Of a stretch of DNA of 58,812 nucleotides, positions 25,201-34,913 are shown in pieces; the stretch's first letter is position 1, and each line of letters opens with the position of its first letter. Source of the DNA: Elusimicrobiota bacterium (GTDB taxonomy: Bacteria; Elusimicrobiota; Elusimicrobia; UBA1565). The notes beneath the pieces are model-generated. The model was not told the origin of the DNA and made no database searches. It was given only the letters and a program-made list of their open reading frames with translations. The stretch lies in assembly GCA_043819795.1 (NCBI GenBank), contig JBDREN010000102.1, positions 1 to 58,812 of the forward strand. The letters run 5' to 3'. A program made the position numbers and the translations under genes.

Positions 25201-25321
25201 CGGTTTATCCTTATGAGGGTAGTGGGGAAACGCCAGGCTGTCAAGGGGGCGAAAGGGGGCGAAAGCGGCGCTTTAAAAACAGCGCTGCCGCCGGCACGAT
25301 CGAGGGTTCACCGGCAGAGTA

Positions 25322-25350
25322 TTGACAGTCCGATGCGGCTGTGTTATAAA
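25322..25350 (+). promoter_or_regulatory. Near-consensus sigma70 promoter for the M23-bactofilin operon
   Basis: TTGACA-N17-TATAAA with TG extension. Confidence 0.7.
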
Positions 25351-25364
25351 ATACAATTGATTGC

Positions 25365-26354
25365 GTGCGCTTTTCCGTCGAAGGGAAGCCCTTGAAGATA
25401 TTCAGACGCCTCTCCCGTTACCTGGGCCGCCATGTCACCGTGCTGGTGATCCCTCATTCGGATCTCCCGCTGGTGCGCGGGCGGTTCTCCATGGCGTTCC
25501 TCATCTTCTCCGTGGCCCTGTGGACCGGGCTGACCATATGGGCCGGCTTCCTCTCCGGGCGGCATGTGGATTACTGGATCACGAAGGCGGACAACATGGT
25601 GATCCGGACCAAGATGAACTACATGGGCGAGGAGATGGCGAGGTCCCGCGAGGTGCTCAATATCGCCCGGGCCACCGACAAGCAGCTGCGCATCCTGCTG
25701 GGCATGCGCCAGCGCGAGGAGGTCCTCGAATCGGATGTTGGCCTCGGGGGGCCCAGCGTGGCCGACCGCGCCGGCCTCGGACGCCTGCTGTCGCCCGGGG
25801 CGCGCCTGTCGCAGACGGACATCCGGCGCACGGCGGAGCAGCTGCGCAGCGAGTCTCAGAGGCGGTTGGCGAGCTTCCAGGAGATCGCCTGGTACATCAC
25901 CAACCAGCGCAGCCTAATCCGCTCCACCCCCAGAGTATGGCCCGCGGCCGGGAACATCACCTCCGGCTTCGGTTACCGGTTTTCGCCGTATCGCCAGCAG
26001 GTCCACCCGCACCTGGGCCACTTCCACGAGGGGGTCGATATCGCCAATACCCCCGACACCCTGATCGTCGCGACGGCGGACGGGGTCGTGCGCTACGCGG
26101 GCTGGTCGAGCGGTTTCGGCATGATGGTCCTCATCGACCACGGTTTCGGCTACTCCACGCTCTACGGGCATACCTCGAAGGTGACTGTCCGCGTCGGCGA
26201 CCATGTCGTCCGCGGCCGGCGTATCGCCTATATGGGCACGACCGGCCGGTCCACCGGCAACCATCTGCATTACGAGGTATGGCGGCATAGCAGGCCCGTC
26301 AATCCCATGAAATACCTCCAGGGGCGGCCCGGGCGGTCGCCCGAGTCAGGCTGA
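25365..26354 (+). CDS. M23-family peptidoglycan endopeptidase with TM anchor and coiled coil
   Basis: HEGVDIA, LYGH, GRSTGNHLHYEV motifs. Confidence 0.92.
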   Translation: MRFSVEGKPLKIFRRLSRYLGRHVTVLVIPHSDLPLVRGRFSMAFLIFSVALWTGLTIWAGFLSGRHVDYWITKADNMVIRTKMNYMGEEMARSREVLNIARATDKQLRILLGMRQREEVLESDVGLGGPSVADRAGLGRLLSPGARLSQTDIRRTAEQLRSESQRRLASFQEIAWYITNQRSLIRSTPRVWPAAGNITSGFGYRFSPYRQQVHPHLGHFHEGVDIANTPDTLIVATADGVVRYAGWSSGFGMMVLIDHGFGYSTLYGHTSKVTVRVGDHVVRGRRIAYMGTTGRSTGNHLHYEVWRHSRPVNPMKYLQGRPGRSPESG

Positions 26355-26369
26355 CAAGGAGCGATCTCC

Positions 26370-26867
26370 GTGTTCTCTAAATCTTCGGACCGGAAGTACG
26401 ACGGCGGCGACGTCGTCACGATCATCGGACCCGAGGCTTATTTCCAAGGGGTCCTGACCGTCCGCGGCTCTCTGCGGATCGAGGGCGAGGTGGAAGGGAA
26501 TATCCACGAGGCCCATACCGTCATCCTCGGCGGCAAGGGCCGCATCAAGGGGGATGTCTGCGCCGAGCGCGTCGTCGTCGGCGGCCACGTCGTCGGGGAC
26601 GTGGTCGCGAAGACCCAGCTCGAGCTCATCGCCGGAGGGAGGATCACCGGCGACATCCGCACGCCGAAGCTCCTGATCGAGGAGGGAGCCGCGTTCGAGG
26701 GGCGCTGCTCGATGGGCGGCGATGTCGAGCCCGAAGCCGTCGCGGAGGCCGACGCCGAGCAGGCCGCTGCGCCGGAGGACCCGGATGAGGGGCAGGCCGC
26801 GGCCGGCGCCAACGGGGCGGAAGAGTCCTCCGCCGCCACCCAGAGCAGGAGGTCCGAAAGCTCATGA
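26370..26867 (+). CDS. Bactofilin (polymer-forming cytoskeletal protein)
   Basis: TIIG....GSLRIEGEVEGNI...G.I.GD.....V.G...IEEGA.FEGRCSM beta-helix. Confidence 0.92.
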   Translation: MFSKSSDRKYDGGDVVTIIGPEAYFQGVLTVRGSLRIEGEVEGNIHEAHTVILGGKGRIKGDVCAERVVVGGHVVGDVVAKTQLELIAGGRITGDIRTPKLLIEEGAAFEGRCSMGGDVEPEAVAEADAEQAAAPEDPDEGQAAAGANGAEESSAATQSRRSESS

Positions 26868-27565
26868 TCGCTTTTCTCAGACGCTACCGCCAGACCCTCA
26901 TCATCTCCGTATTCTTGATCTTCCTGGTCGGAATCTTCGTCGGCCTCGGGGGCTATTTCTTCACGGGCATGGACACGACGGAGGCCGTGGCCGTCGTCGG
27001 GGGCGAGAAGATCTCGTATCTCCGCTTCCGGACGCAGGTCAACCACTACCTCGACCAATCCCGCGGCGCGGGCAGCGAGGTGACCCAGCAGATGGCGCAG
27101 CGGGTCAAGCAGGAGATGCTGCGCGACATGATCGTCAACGAGATCCTCGCCCAGCAAGCCGACAAGATGGGCCTCCACGTCAGCAATTCGGAGCTCGCCC
27201 TGTCGATCCAGCAGAGCCCGGGCTTCCAGCGGGACGGGCGTTTCGACCAGGACCTCTACTTCCGCATGGTGCGTTCGGCCTTCAACTCGACGCCCGAGGA
27301 GTACGAGCGCCATCAGCGCCGCACGATGCTGAGCGCCAAGCTCAAGACGCTGCTGTTCCGGGGCTCGAAGCTCGCTCCCGCGGAGGTCCGCGACGAGTAT
27401 CTGCGCAGCCGCGGCTCGATCGTGGACTTCGAGGCCGAGCGGGCGGGCTTCGCGCAGGAGCTGCAGCAGAAGCGGGCGCTGGACGCGATCAATTTCTTCC
27501 TGCGCCAGCTGAGCACCCAGGTGGAGATCCGCAGCTATCTCGAGCAGCGGGAGCGCGGGATGTAG
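26864..27565 (+). CDS. SurA N-terminal domain protein (PpiD-like membrane chaperone)
   Basis: N-terminal TM, VAVVGGEKIS, LAQQADKMGL.VS..EL..IQ..PGFQRDGRFD; ATGA overlap with bactofilin. Confidence 0.82.
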   Translation: MIAFLRRYRQTLIISVFLIFLVGIFVGLGGYFFTGMDTTEAVAVVGGEKISYLRFRTQVNHYLDQSRGAGSEVTQQMAQRVKQEMLRDMIVNEILAQQADKMGLHVSNSELALSIQQSPGFQRDGRFDQDLYFRMVRSAFNSTPEEYERHQRRTMLSAKLKTLLFRGSKLAPAEVRDEYLRSRGSIVDFEAERAGFAQELQQKRALDAINFFLRQLSTQVEIRSYLEQRERGM

Positions 27566-27634
27566 AGGCCCCGGTCCCCGCCGGGGCGGAAAGCCCCGTC
27601 GGACGGGCGGGGGGGATCATTCCAGGAGAGCCGC

Positions 27635-28567
27635 ATGAATCCCATATTGGTGGTCGGTTCGGTCGCGCTGGATTCGGTCCAGACTCCCGAGGGCGAGAGC
27701 ACCGAGGCCCTCGGCGGCTCGGCGGTCTATTTCTCGCTGGCCGCCCGGCATTTCGCCTCGGTGAGCATGGTGGGCGTGGTCGGGACGGACTTCCCCGCCC
27801 GGCACCGGGAGATGCTCGTCAAGCGCGGCGTCGATGTCTCGGGCTTGAAGGAGGTCCCCGGCAAGACGTTCCGCTGGGTCGGCAAGTTCGGGGGCGACAT
27901 GAACAAGGCCGAGACCCTCGACACGCAGCTCAACGTCTTCGAGACGTTCGACCCCCGGCTGACCGATGTCCAGAAGGGCTGCCCCGTCGTCTTCCTCGCG
28001 AACATCGACCCGGACCTCCAAAGGGGGGTCCTGGACCAGATGCAGGCGCCGAAGCTCGTGGCCTGCGACACGATGGACTTCTGGATCGGCTCCAAGAAGC
28101 CGGCGATCAAGAAGCTTCTCTCGCGGGTCGACGTCCTCTTCATCAACGACGAGGAGGCCCGTGAGCTCTCCGGCCGGCGCAACAACGTCCTGGCGGCCCG
28201 GCGCCTCTCCGAATGGGGGCCCGGGGTCGTCGTCGTCAAGAAGGGAGAGCACGGGGCTCTGCTGCTCGCCCAGGGGCGCGTCTTCCCGTTCCCCGCCTAT
28301 CCCCTCGACGAGGTGAAGGACCCGACCGGCGCCGGCGACAGCTTCGCCGGGGGCTTCATGGGGGCCATGTCCTCGGCGCCCGAGAGCCGGGACGTGGGCG
28401 CGCTCAAGCGCGCTCTCGTCTGCGGGATCGCCGTGTCGTCGCTCAACGTCGGGGCCTTCGGCACGCGGCGGCTCGAAGAGCTCGACGCGGCCGCGATCGA
28501 GGCGCGCTGCCGGAGCTACCTTGAGCTTTTGGACGTCTCCTTCAGCGGCATCGCCGCGGTCGCCTAA
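27635..28567 (+). CDS. PfkB-family carbohydrate/nucleoside kinase
   Basis: VVGSVALD, GGSAVY, ND.EA, KKGEHG, DPTGAGDSFAGG. Confidence 0.93.
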   Translation: MNPILVVGSVALDSVQTPEGESTEALGGSAVYFSLAARHFASVSMVGVVGTDFPARHREMLVKRGVDVSGLKEVPGKTFRWVGKFGGDMNKAETLDTQLNVFETFDPRLTDVQKGCPVVFLANIDPDLQRGVLDQMQAPKLVACDTMDFWIGSKKPAIKKLLSRVDVLFINDEEARELSGRRNNVLAARRLSEWGPGVVVVKKGEHGALLLAQGRVFPFPAYPLDEVKDPTGAGDSFAGGFMGAMSSAPESRDVGALKRALVCGIAVSSLNVGAFGTRRLEELDAAAIEARCRSYLELLDVSFSGIAAVA

Positions 28568-28895
28568 GGGGTTGCCAAGCAATAATATGAACAATTTGGC
28601 TGAGGTGATTTTGGCGCGAGACACAGGGCCCGGAGGGCCCAGTGCCGCGCCCCGTAAGGAAGTGATTAAGGGGGAGTTGGCAAGAAGCGAGGAGGGCGCA
28701 TAGCCGTAGGCTATGCAACCGACGAGCGACGCAGTCGCAGTCCAAAAGCGCCCAGCCCCTTCGGGGAGGCCCATCGTCGGCCGATTTCGTCGTTGCTCCT
28801 CGGTCACATACCTTACAGGTATGCTCCCTCGTCGCGCCTAGAACTCGGCTCAACGATGGGCCTCCAAATTGCTCATATTATTGCTTGACAACCCC
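28568..28895. mobile_element. 328-bp MITE with 32-bp terminal inverted repeats and a TAA target duplication
   Basis: Left end GGGGTTGCCAAGCAATAATATGAACAATTTGG; right end CCAAATTGCTCATATTATTGCTTGACAACCCC (2 mismatches). TAA on both sides; no transposase; internal inverted repeats. Confidence 0.88.
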
Positions 28896-28898
28896 TAA

Positions 28899-29666
28899 TT
28901 GATCGAGATACTGGGCCTCACGAAGCGCTTCGGGGACCTCACGGCCGTCGACGACCTCCGCCTCGAGGTCCCCGCCGGCGAGATCTTCGGGTTCCTCGGC
29001 CCCAACGGCGCGGGCAAGACCACCACCGTGAGGATGCTGACGGGCCTGCTTCGCCCGACGGCCGGCACCGCGCGCATCTGCGGCTTCGACATCATCCGCC
29101 AGACGCTCGAGGCGAAAAGGCGCCTCGGCTTGGTGCCGGACGAGCCCTTCGTCTACCCTAAGCTGACGGGCGCGGAGTTCCTGCGCCTCACGGGGGACCT
29201 CTACGGGGTCCCGCATGAGACCCAGCGCCGGCGCGTCCCGGAGCTTCTGGAGATGTTCGAGCTCAAGGAGTGGGGCGGCGAGCTGCTCGACACCTACTCG
29301 CACGGGATGCGGCAGAAGATCGTGCTCGCGAGCATCCTCCTGCACGAGCCGAAGGCGCTCATGCTCGACGAGCCGCTCGTGGGCCTCGACCCGAAGAGCG
29401 CGCGCATAGTCAAGGAGATCTTCCGGAAGCTCGCCGGGCGCGGGTGCGCGATCTTTATGTGCACGCACATCCTCGAGATCGCCGAGCGCATCTGCGACCG
29501 CGTCGGGATCATGATCGGCGGACGGCTCTTCGCCTCCGGGACCATCGAGGACATCCGTGGCCGTTCCCGCGCGGCCGGGGCCGGGACCGACGGGGTTCCG
29601 CTCGAGGACGTGTTCCTGGAGCTGACCGGCGGTCAGGAGTATGCCAGCCTCCTTAAGAATCTTTAG
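28899..29666 (+). CDS. ABC transporter ATP-binding protein
   Basis: GPNGAGKTT, YSHGMRQK, LMLDEP, TH; TTG start. Confidence 0.92.
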   Translation: MIEILGLTKRFGDLTAVDDLRLEVPAGEIFGFLGPNGAGKTTTVRMLTGLLRPTAGTARICGFDIIRQTLEAKRRLGLVPDEPFVYPKLTGAEFLRLTGDLYGVPHETQRRRVPELLEMFELKEWGGELLDTYSHGMRQKIVLASILLHEPKALMLDEPLVGLDPKSARIVKEIFRKLAGRGCAIFMCTHILEIAERICDRVGIMIGGRLFASGTIEDIRGRSRAAGAGTDGVPLEDVFLELTGGQEYASLLKNL

Positions 29667-31338
29667 CCTTCTGGTCCGGCGCAAGGCCCTCACCCTCAAG
29701 AACCGTCTGCGCACGTTGACGCCGTGGGAATGGACGCGCAACACGGCGTTCGTGCTGGTGGGCCTCTGGATGCTGGCGGGGCTGCACTACGGTTTCTGGC
29801 GCCTGCTCAAGTACCTGAGCGGAGTGGAGCTGATCGGCGAGCTCCTCATTTGGAAGCTCACGGCCATGGCGATGCTGACGACCTTCGGGATGGTCCTCCT
29901 CTCCAGCCTCATCATCTCGCTGACGACCATCTTCTACGCCTCGGACCTACGCTATCTCATGCGCGCGCCGGTCCCGCTGCGCGCCGTCTTCATGGACAAG
30001 TCGATCGAGACGGTGTTCTTCTCCTCCTGGATGATCGCTCTGGCGATCTTCCCCTACATCCTGGCGCTCGGGAAGGTCAACGGCTACGGCTGGGACTTCT
30101 ACGGCGTCTTCCTGGCGCTGACGGTCCCGTTTCTCGTTCTGGCGTGCGCGCTCGGGATGGCGTTCACGCTGCTGCTCATGTATTTCTTCCCGTCCTCGCG
30201 CACTCGCGATGTCGTCTGGATCCTTTCGAGCCTCTCCGTGGCGCTGCTCTACATGCTGCTGCGCTTCTCGGAGCCCGAGCGCCTCATCCGGCCGGACGCG
30301 CTTCAGCTGGTCGGCGAGTACCTGCGCTACCTGCAGGCCCCGACGGCGCCCTACGCGCCCTCCTGGTGGATGACTCAGTCCTTGACCGCCTATGTCCACG
30401 GGAAGGGGGGGCTTTTCTGGTCGCGGGCCCTCTTGCTGGCCGGCTCCGCGGCGGCGGCGTACGGGGCGCTCGTCTGGCTGGCGGGCCGGACCTACGCGAA
30501 GGGCTACTCCGGCGCTCAGGAAGGGCGGCGGGCGCGCCGCGGGATCGACATTCCGCCGACGCCCGAGTCGCGCCTCGCGCGCCGGCTCGGCCGCGCGGGC
30601 GCGGCCACGGCCGCCCTGTTCTGGAAGGACCGCAAGACGTTCTTCCGGGACGTCACGCACTGGTCGCAGATCGTGCTGGTCGGGGCGCTCATGTGCGTCT
30701 ACCTGTTCAGCATCAACCGGCTGCCGCTGGACACCCCGGACCTCAAGAGCCTGGTCTGCTTCCTCAACATCGGGATCGCCGGCTTCGTCCTCTCCTCTCT
30801 CGGCCTGCGCTTCACCTTCCCGTCGATCAGCCTGGAGGGCAAGAGCTTCTGGATCGTGCGCAGCGCCCCGCTCGGGATCCAGGAGCTGATGTTCGAGAAG
30901 TTCCTCTTCTCGCTGGTGCCGACGCTGGTCGTGGCGACCGGGCTCGTCGCCGTCTCGAACTATCTCCTGCACGCCGACCGCTTCATCGCCTGGCTGACCC
31001 TCGGGACGATCTGGCTGATGACGTTGACGCTATGCGGCATGGGAGTGGGCTTCGGGGCCGTCTTCCCCCGTTTCAACGTCGCCAACATCCACCAGATCGA
31101 GTCCTCGGCGGGGGGCTTCGTCTACATGGCATGCGCGCTCACCTACGTGGGCGTGACCCTCGCGGCCGAGGCGTGGCCGGTCAAGATGCACTTCTCGGCC
31201 CGCCTGGGACGCGTCGACGCCTGGGACTGGCGCTACGTGGCGCTGAGCGCGGGGATGCTCGCGGCGGTCAACCTCGCGGCCTTCACGGTGCCGTGGCTCT
31301 TGGGCAGGCGCACCCTGGAGCGTCACGAAGGCGATTAG
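29641..31338 (+). CDS. ABC exporter permease (multi-TM)
   Basis: About 12 hydrophobic segments, FPSISLEGKSFWIVRSAP motif; overlaps the ATPase gene. Confidence 0.85.
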   Translation: MPASLRIFSLLVRRKALTLKNRLRTLTPWEWTRNTAFVLVGLWMLAGLHYGFWRLLKYLSGVELIGELLIWKLTAMAMLTTFGMVLLSSLIISLTTIFYASDLRYLMRAPVPLRAVFMDKSIETVFFSSWMIALAIFPYILALGKVNGYGWDFYGVFLALTVPFLVLACALGMAFTLLLMYFFPSSRTRDVVWILSSLSVALLYMLLRFSEPERLIRPDALQLVGEYLRYLQAPTAPYAPSWWMTQSLTAYVHGKGGLFWSRALLLAGSAAAAYGALVWLAGRTYAKGYSGAQEGRRARRGIDIPPTPESRLARRLGRAGAATAALFWKDRKTFFRDVTHWSQIVLVGALMCVYLFSINRLPLDTPDLKSLVCFLNIGIAGFVLSSLGLRFTFPSISLEGKSFWIVRSAPLGIQELMFEKFLFSLVPTLVVATGLVAVSNYLLHADRFIAWLTLGTIWLMTLTLCGMGVGFGAVFPRFNVANIHQIESSAGGFVYMACALTYVGVTLAAEAWPVKMHFSARLGRVDAWDWRYVALSAGMLAAVNLAAFTVPWLLGRRTLERHEGD

Positions 31339-31437
31339 CCAGCCGGTTATCGACATATCCCACCGGCAGGGGGAGAAATCCGGGCTGCTAGGAGCTGACC
31401 GGGGGACTGCTCAAGCCCGGCGACAGCGTCGGGGAGC

Positions 31438-33753
31438 CTACGTCTCCAGCAGCGCGCGCAGGAAGGAGGGCGCGTCCTGGATCCGTTTCCGGTGATCGGG
31501 CTCCAGAGCCCGCGCGATGAGCGAGTCCACCGCGACGGGAAGGCCCGGGACGCGTTCGCCAGCTTTGAGGAACGTGATGTCGCCTTCCAGGGGGCGGCCC
31601 TCGACGCCGAAGGGGAGCTCCCCGGTCAGCATCTCGTGGAGGCAGACGCCGAGGGAGAATACGTCGAAGGCGGGCGTGACGATCCCCAGCTCCGCCTCGG
31701 GCGCGCGGTAGGCGGGCGTCCCGGCGACCATCCGGGTGCGTGTCTCCACGAACGGGCGCGGGCCCTCCTCGGCGGCGTCCGCGGGCATGGGAAGGGGAGC
31801 CGGGCCCCGGTCGAGGGCGTGCGCGATGCCGAAGTCCATGAGCTTGACGTTGCCCTCGTCCGACACCATGATGTTGGCGGGCTTCAGGTCGCGGTGGACG
31901 AACCCTTTCAGGTGAGCGAATGTCAGCGCCGCGCAGACCGGCTTCAGGACCTTCTGGGCGTTCTCAAGAGGCAGGCGGTGCTTCTCGGCCAGGATCTGCT
32001 GAAGCGTCTTCCCGGCGGCCCACTCGAAGACGAGATAGAGGCCTTCGGGCAGGTCCAGCACCTCGAAGATGTCCACGATCAAGGGGTGGTGCAGCGTGGC
32101 CAAAGTACTGGCCTCCTTCAGGAAGAGCTCTCGGACCTGGGAGCCGTGCTCGCCGAGGTCGGAGGCCATCTGCTTGACTGCCGTGCGGCGCTCGAGCGAC
32201 CGGTCCGTGGCCTCCCAGACCTGCCCCATCCCGCCGCGGCCGATCAGGCGCTCCAGCCTGTACTTCCCTCCGAGCAGCTTCTCCGGGGCCTCCTCCTCGA
32301 CGCGAGGGCCCCGCGTCTCGAGCGTCGTCGTCCGAGTGCCCGCGGCGATCGCCGAGGCGCGGGGGCGGCGCAGGGCGGCCACGGCCAAGCTCCCGCCGGC
32401 CAGCGCCAAGAGCACCAGGCCGAGAAGGACGACGGGGTTCGTCCCTCTGGGCGGAGGCGCCAAGGCGTCGAGCAAGCCCAACGTGTCCCGCGCGTCGGGA
32501 TCGAAGATCCGGATGCCCGCCTTGGCGTTGGCCAGGTGGCCGCCGTAGGTCCGCGGGTCGAGGTCGGCGGCCCTCTTGTAGTCGGCCATAGCCAGCCCGT
32601 CTTTTCCGAGCATCTCGTAGGCGAATGCCCGCCGGACATAGGCCTGGGCGTTGCCCGGATCGAGCCGGATCTGCGCGCTTGAGCTGGCCGCGGCCTCCTC
32701 GTAGTCGCCGGTGTGCAGCTGGGCCCATGCCATGTTCTTGAAGGCCTCGGAGTTGTCGGGGTCGAGCTTCAGGGCCCTGAGCGCGGCCTTCTCCGCCTCC
32801 CCGTGGCGGCCGAGGCTGTTGAGGGCCTCGGCTTTCAGCACGTGGGCGCGGGGGTCGTTGGGATTGGCCGCGATGGCATGCTCCGCCGACAGGAGGGCGC
32901 CCCGGTAGTCCTTTTTGCGCAGGCGGTCTCGGGAATCGTCCAGGTCCGTACGAGCGCGCGAGCGCCGCGGGTCGGCGTTCTCTCCCGATATCAGGAGCCT
33001 GCGCCCCATGAAGGCTTCGGATGATGGGCTCATCCCGCGGGCCGGGCCGTCCCTGCGGGCCGCGTGAGCGACCGCGTCCGCGGACGCCAGGGAGGGACCG
33101 GTGGGGGCCTGCGCTCCGTGCGACATCGCCTGGGCCACGAGCTGGTCCGCCATGTCGCCGAGCTGCCCGCTGCGGTGCAGGGCCTCGCCGATACTCTCGG
33201 GCGCGAGCTGCGTGCCGTCCTCGGAGCCCGCCAGCAGCTGCTGGATCCGGCCGGCCTCCTTGGCCGCGCCGTCATAAGAGGGTTCCTCCTGCGATTCCTC
33301 TTCGGTCTGTCCCCGGTAGCGGAGGTGGCCCTTCCAGGTCCTGTACTGATCCGGGTTGTAGTATTCGCCCGTCGCCCGCCGGTACTCATCCTCGGCCTCT
33401 ACGTACTCCTCTCCGGCGCTTACATACGCCTGGTCGGCGCGTTTGACGCCGACCTTGGCCCGGGCAAGGTCCTCCTGGGCGCGCCGTGTCTTCTCCGCCG
33501 CTTTCGCTTTGGAGATGATGCGCCAGTCCGGAAGATCCTGCTCGTCCTCGACGGAATCGGCGAACTCGTGCGAGGCGTACGCCTTTTTCTGGTTGGCCTG
33601 CTCCAGGTTGCCGCCGGCGAGATGCAGCTCCTTTTCGGCCTCGAGGACTTTCTGATAGGCGCGGCGCTCCGCGGGCGTCATGTCAAAAGTGTTGGGCGCC
33701 GCCCAAAGCGGGGAAACAGCGAGCCCCATGCAGGCCGCGAGCAGCAGTCTCAT
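31438..33753 (-). CDS. Membrane Ser/Thr protein kinase with an extracytoplasmic TPR region
   Basis: Signal peptide, TPR repeats, TM helix, GRGGMG.V, AVK, HRDLKPAN, DFG, GTPAY.APE. Confidence 0.92.
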   Translation of the reverse strand: MRLLLAACMGLAVSPLWAAPNTFDMTPAERRAYQKVLEAEKELHLAGGNLEQANQKKAYASHEFADSVEDEQDLPDWRIISKAKAAEKTRRAQEDLARAKVGVKRADQAYVSAGEEYVEAEDEYRRATGEYYNPDQYRTWKGHLRYRGQTEEESQEEPSYDGAAKEAGRIQQLLAGSEDGTQLAPESIGEALHRSGQLGDMADQLVAQAMSHGAQAPTGPSLASADAVAHAARRDGPARGMSPSSEAFMGRRLLISGENADPRRSRARTDLDDSRDRLRKKDYRGALLSAEHAIAANPNDPRAHVLKAEALNSLGRHGEAEKAALRALKLDPDNSEAFKNMAWAQLHTGDYEEAAASSSAQIRLDPGNAQAYVRRAFAYEMLGKDGLAMADYKRAADLDPRTYGGHLANAKAGIRIFDPDARDTLGLLDALAPPPRGTNPVVLLGLVLLALAGGSLAVAALRRPRASAIAAGTRTTTLETRGPRVEEEAPEKLLGGKYRLERLIGRGGMGQVWEATDRSLERRTAVKQMASDLGEHGSQVRELFLKEASTLATLHHPLIVDIFEVLDLPEGLYLVFEWAAGKTLQQILAEKHRLPLENAQKVLKPVCAALTFAHLKGFVHRDLKPANIMVSDEGNVKLMDFGIAHALDRGPAPLPMPADAAEEGPRPFVETRTRMVAGTPAYRAPEAELGIVTPAFDVFSLGVCLHEMLTGELPFGVEGRPLEGDITFLKAGERVPGLPVAVDSLIARALEPDHRKRIQDAPSFLRALLET

Positions 33754-33800
33754 GGCACCAGTTAGGGTAAAGGAAATTTTGGGGTTTTTCCAGGGCCCTC

Positions 33801-34030
33801 TGTCGCGGCCCGCCGCAACCCGGCGGACTGGTAGTCCGCCAGGGGGCGTCGGGTTCCCTCGCTACGGAGAGGTCAGGACTCTTCCGACGGCGCCTCCGCT
33901 CGGCCGCTCTCCAAGGGGGGCTCTGCCCCCCATTTCGTCGGCGCTCGCTCCTCGACCTTCGGTCGACCGCTCGCTGAACCCCCCGAAGCGGAAATCCCTT
34001 TGTCGCGGCCCGCCGCAGCCCGGCGGACTG
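33801..34030. repeat. Pair of 30-bp direct repeats exactly 200 bp apart in a divergent intergenic region
   Basis: TGTCGCGGCCCGCCGCARCCCGGCGGACTG at 33801 and 34001. Confidence 0.8.
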
Positions 34031-34072
34031 ACACCACTTGACGAGGGGGCGCGGGGGGCTTAACCTATGGGG

Positions 34073-34798
34073 ATGCGGAGATATGCCATTTTCCCCGACC
34101 CGAGAGAGCTTCTCGATCGGGAGAGCGTCGTCTTCGTCGGGGGCGATCTCGCGGTGGCGACTCTCGTCGGCGCGTACTCCCAGGGGATCTTCCCTTGGCC
34201 CATCGTGCGGGGTCTGCCCATTCCCTGGCATTGCCCCCACCCGCGGGGAGTGCTCGACTTCGCGGACTTTCGCGTCCCCCGGAGCCTGAGGCAGTTCCGG
34301 AGCAGGTCCCGCGGCCGCTACGGCTTCACTTTCGATCGCGCCTTCGCGCGGGTGATCCGCTCCTGCGCCTCGGTGCCGCGGCCCTATGAGGACGGCACGT
34401 GGATCACTCCGAAGATGATCGAGGCCTACATCCGTCTTCACCGGGCGGGCTTCGCCCACAGCGTCGAGTGCTGGAGGGAGGACGAGCTTGTCGGAGGGCT
34501 CTACGGCGTCTACGTGTCCGGCGCGTTCAGCGCGGAGAGCATGTTCTTCCTGGAGGCCAACGCCTCGAAGCTCTGTCTCGTGGAGCTGGTGGAGGCGCTC
34601 GAGCGCTGGGGGATGTCGTGGATCGACATCCAGATGGTCACGCCCGTGGCCGGTCTCCTCGGGGCCAAGTACATCCCGCGCGACGAGTACCTGGACCGCC
34701 TCGAGGAGACGCACCGGAGCGGGCTACCGGAGAAGCTGGTCCTGCCTGGGCGTCCGCGAGCGGGAGGGGGAAAAAGGGTCGCCGGCGGAGGGACTTGA
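34073..34798 (+). CDS. aat: Leucyl/phenylalanyl-tRNA--protein transferase
   Basis: GGDL...AYSQGIFPW, TWIT, AHSVECW, LVGGLYGV, ESMF..NASK. TTGACG-N17-TAACCT lies 6 nt before ATG 34073. Confidence 0.93.
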   Translation: MRRYAIFPDPRELLDRESVVFVGGDLAVATLVGAYSQGIFPWPIVRGLPIPWHCPHPRGVLDFADFRVPRSLRQFRSRSRGRYGFTFDRAFARVIRSCASVPRPYEDGTWITPKMIEAYIRLHRAGFAHSVECWREDELVGGLYGVYVSGAFSAESMFFLEANASKLCLVELVEALERWGMSWIDIQMVTPVAGLLGAKYIPRDEYLDRLEETHRSGLPEKLVLPGRPRAGGGKRVAGGGT

Positions 34799-34837
34799 AC
34801 CCCCTTGATGCATAGCACCGAGCGATTTTGAGTCGCT
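34781..34837 (-). pseudogene. Partial tRNA-Leu(CAA)-like relic (anticodon arm to acceptor 3' strand)
   Basis: Minus strand AGCGA-CTCAAAA-TCGCT, long variable arm, GGTTCAAGTCC, CGCCGGC; no 5' half or D-arm. Confidence 0.7.
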
Positions 34838-34913
34838 GGGCGGCTCTTAGAATCCGCTGATTCTATCGGCGCTTATCTCAGCGGCCTCTCGCAATTAGGA
34901 GCCAGGAAGGGAG

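Noticed and set aside
28521..28853. Short ORFs across the pfkB-ABC intergenic region
   Set aside because: They lie within the non-coding MITE and have no protein features.
33801..34030. Possible CRISPR array
   Set aside because: Only two repeats with a 170-bp gap, and no cas genes.
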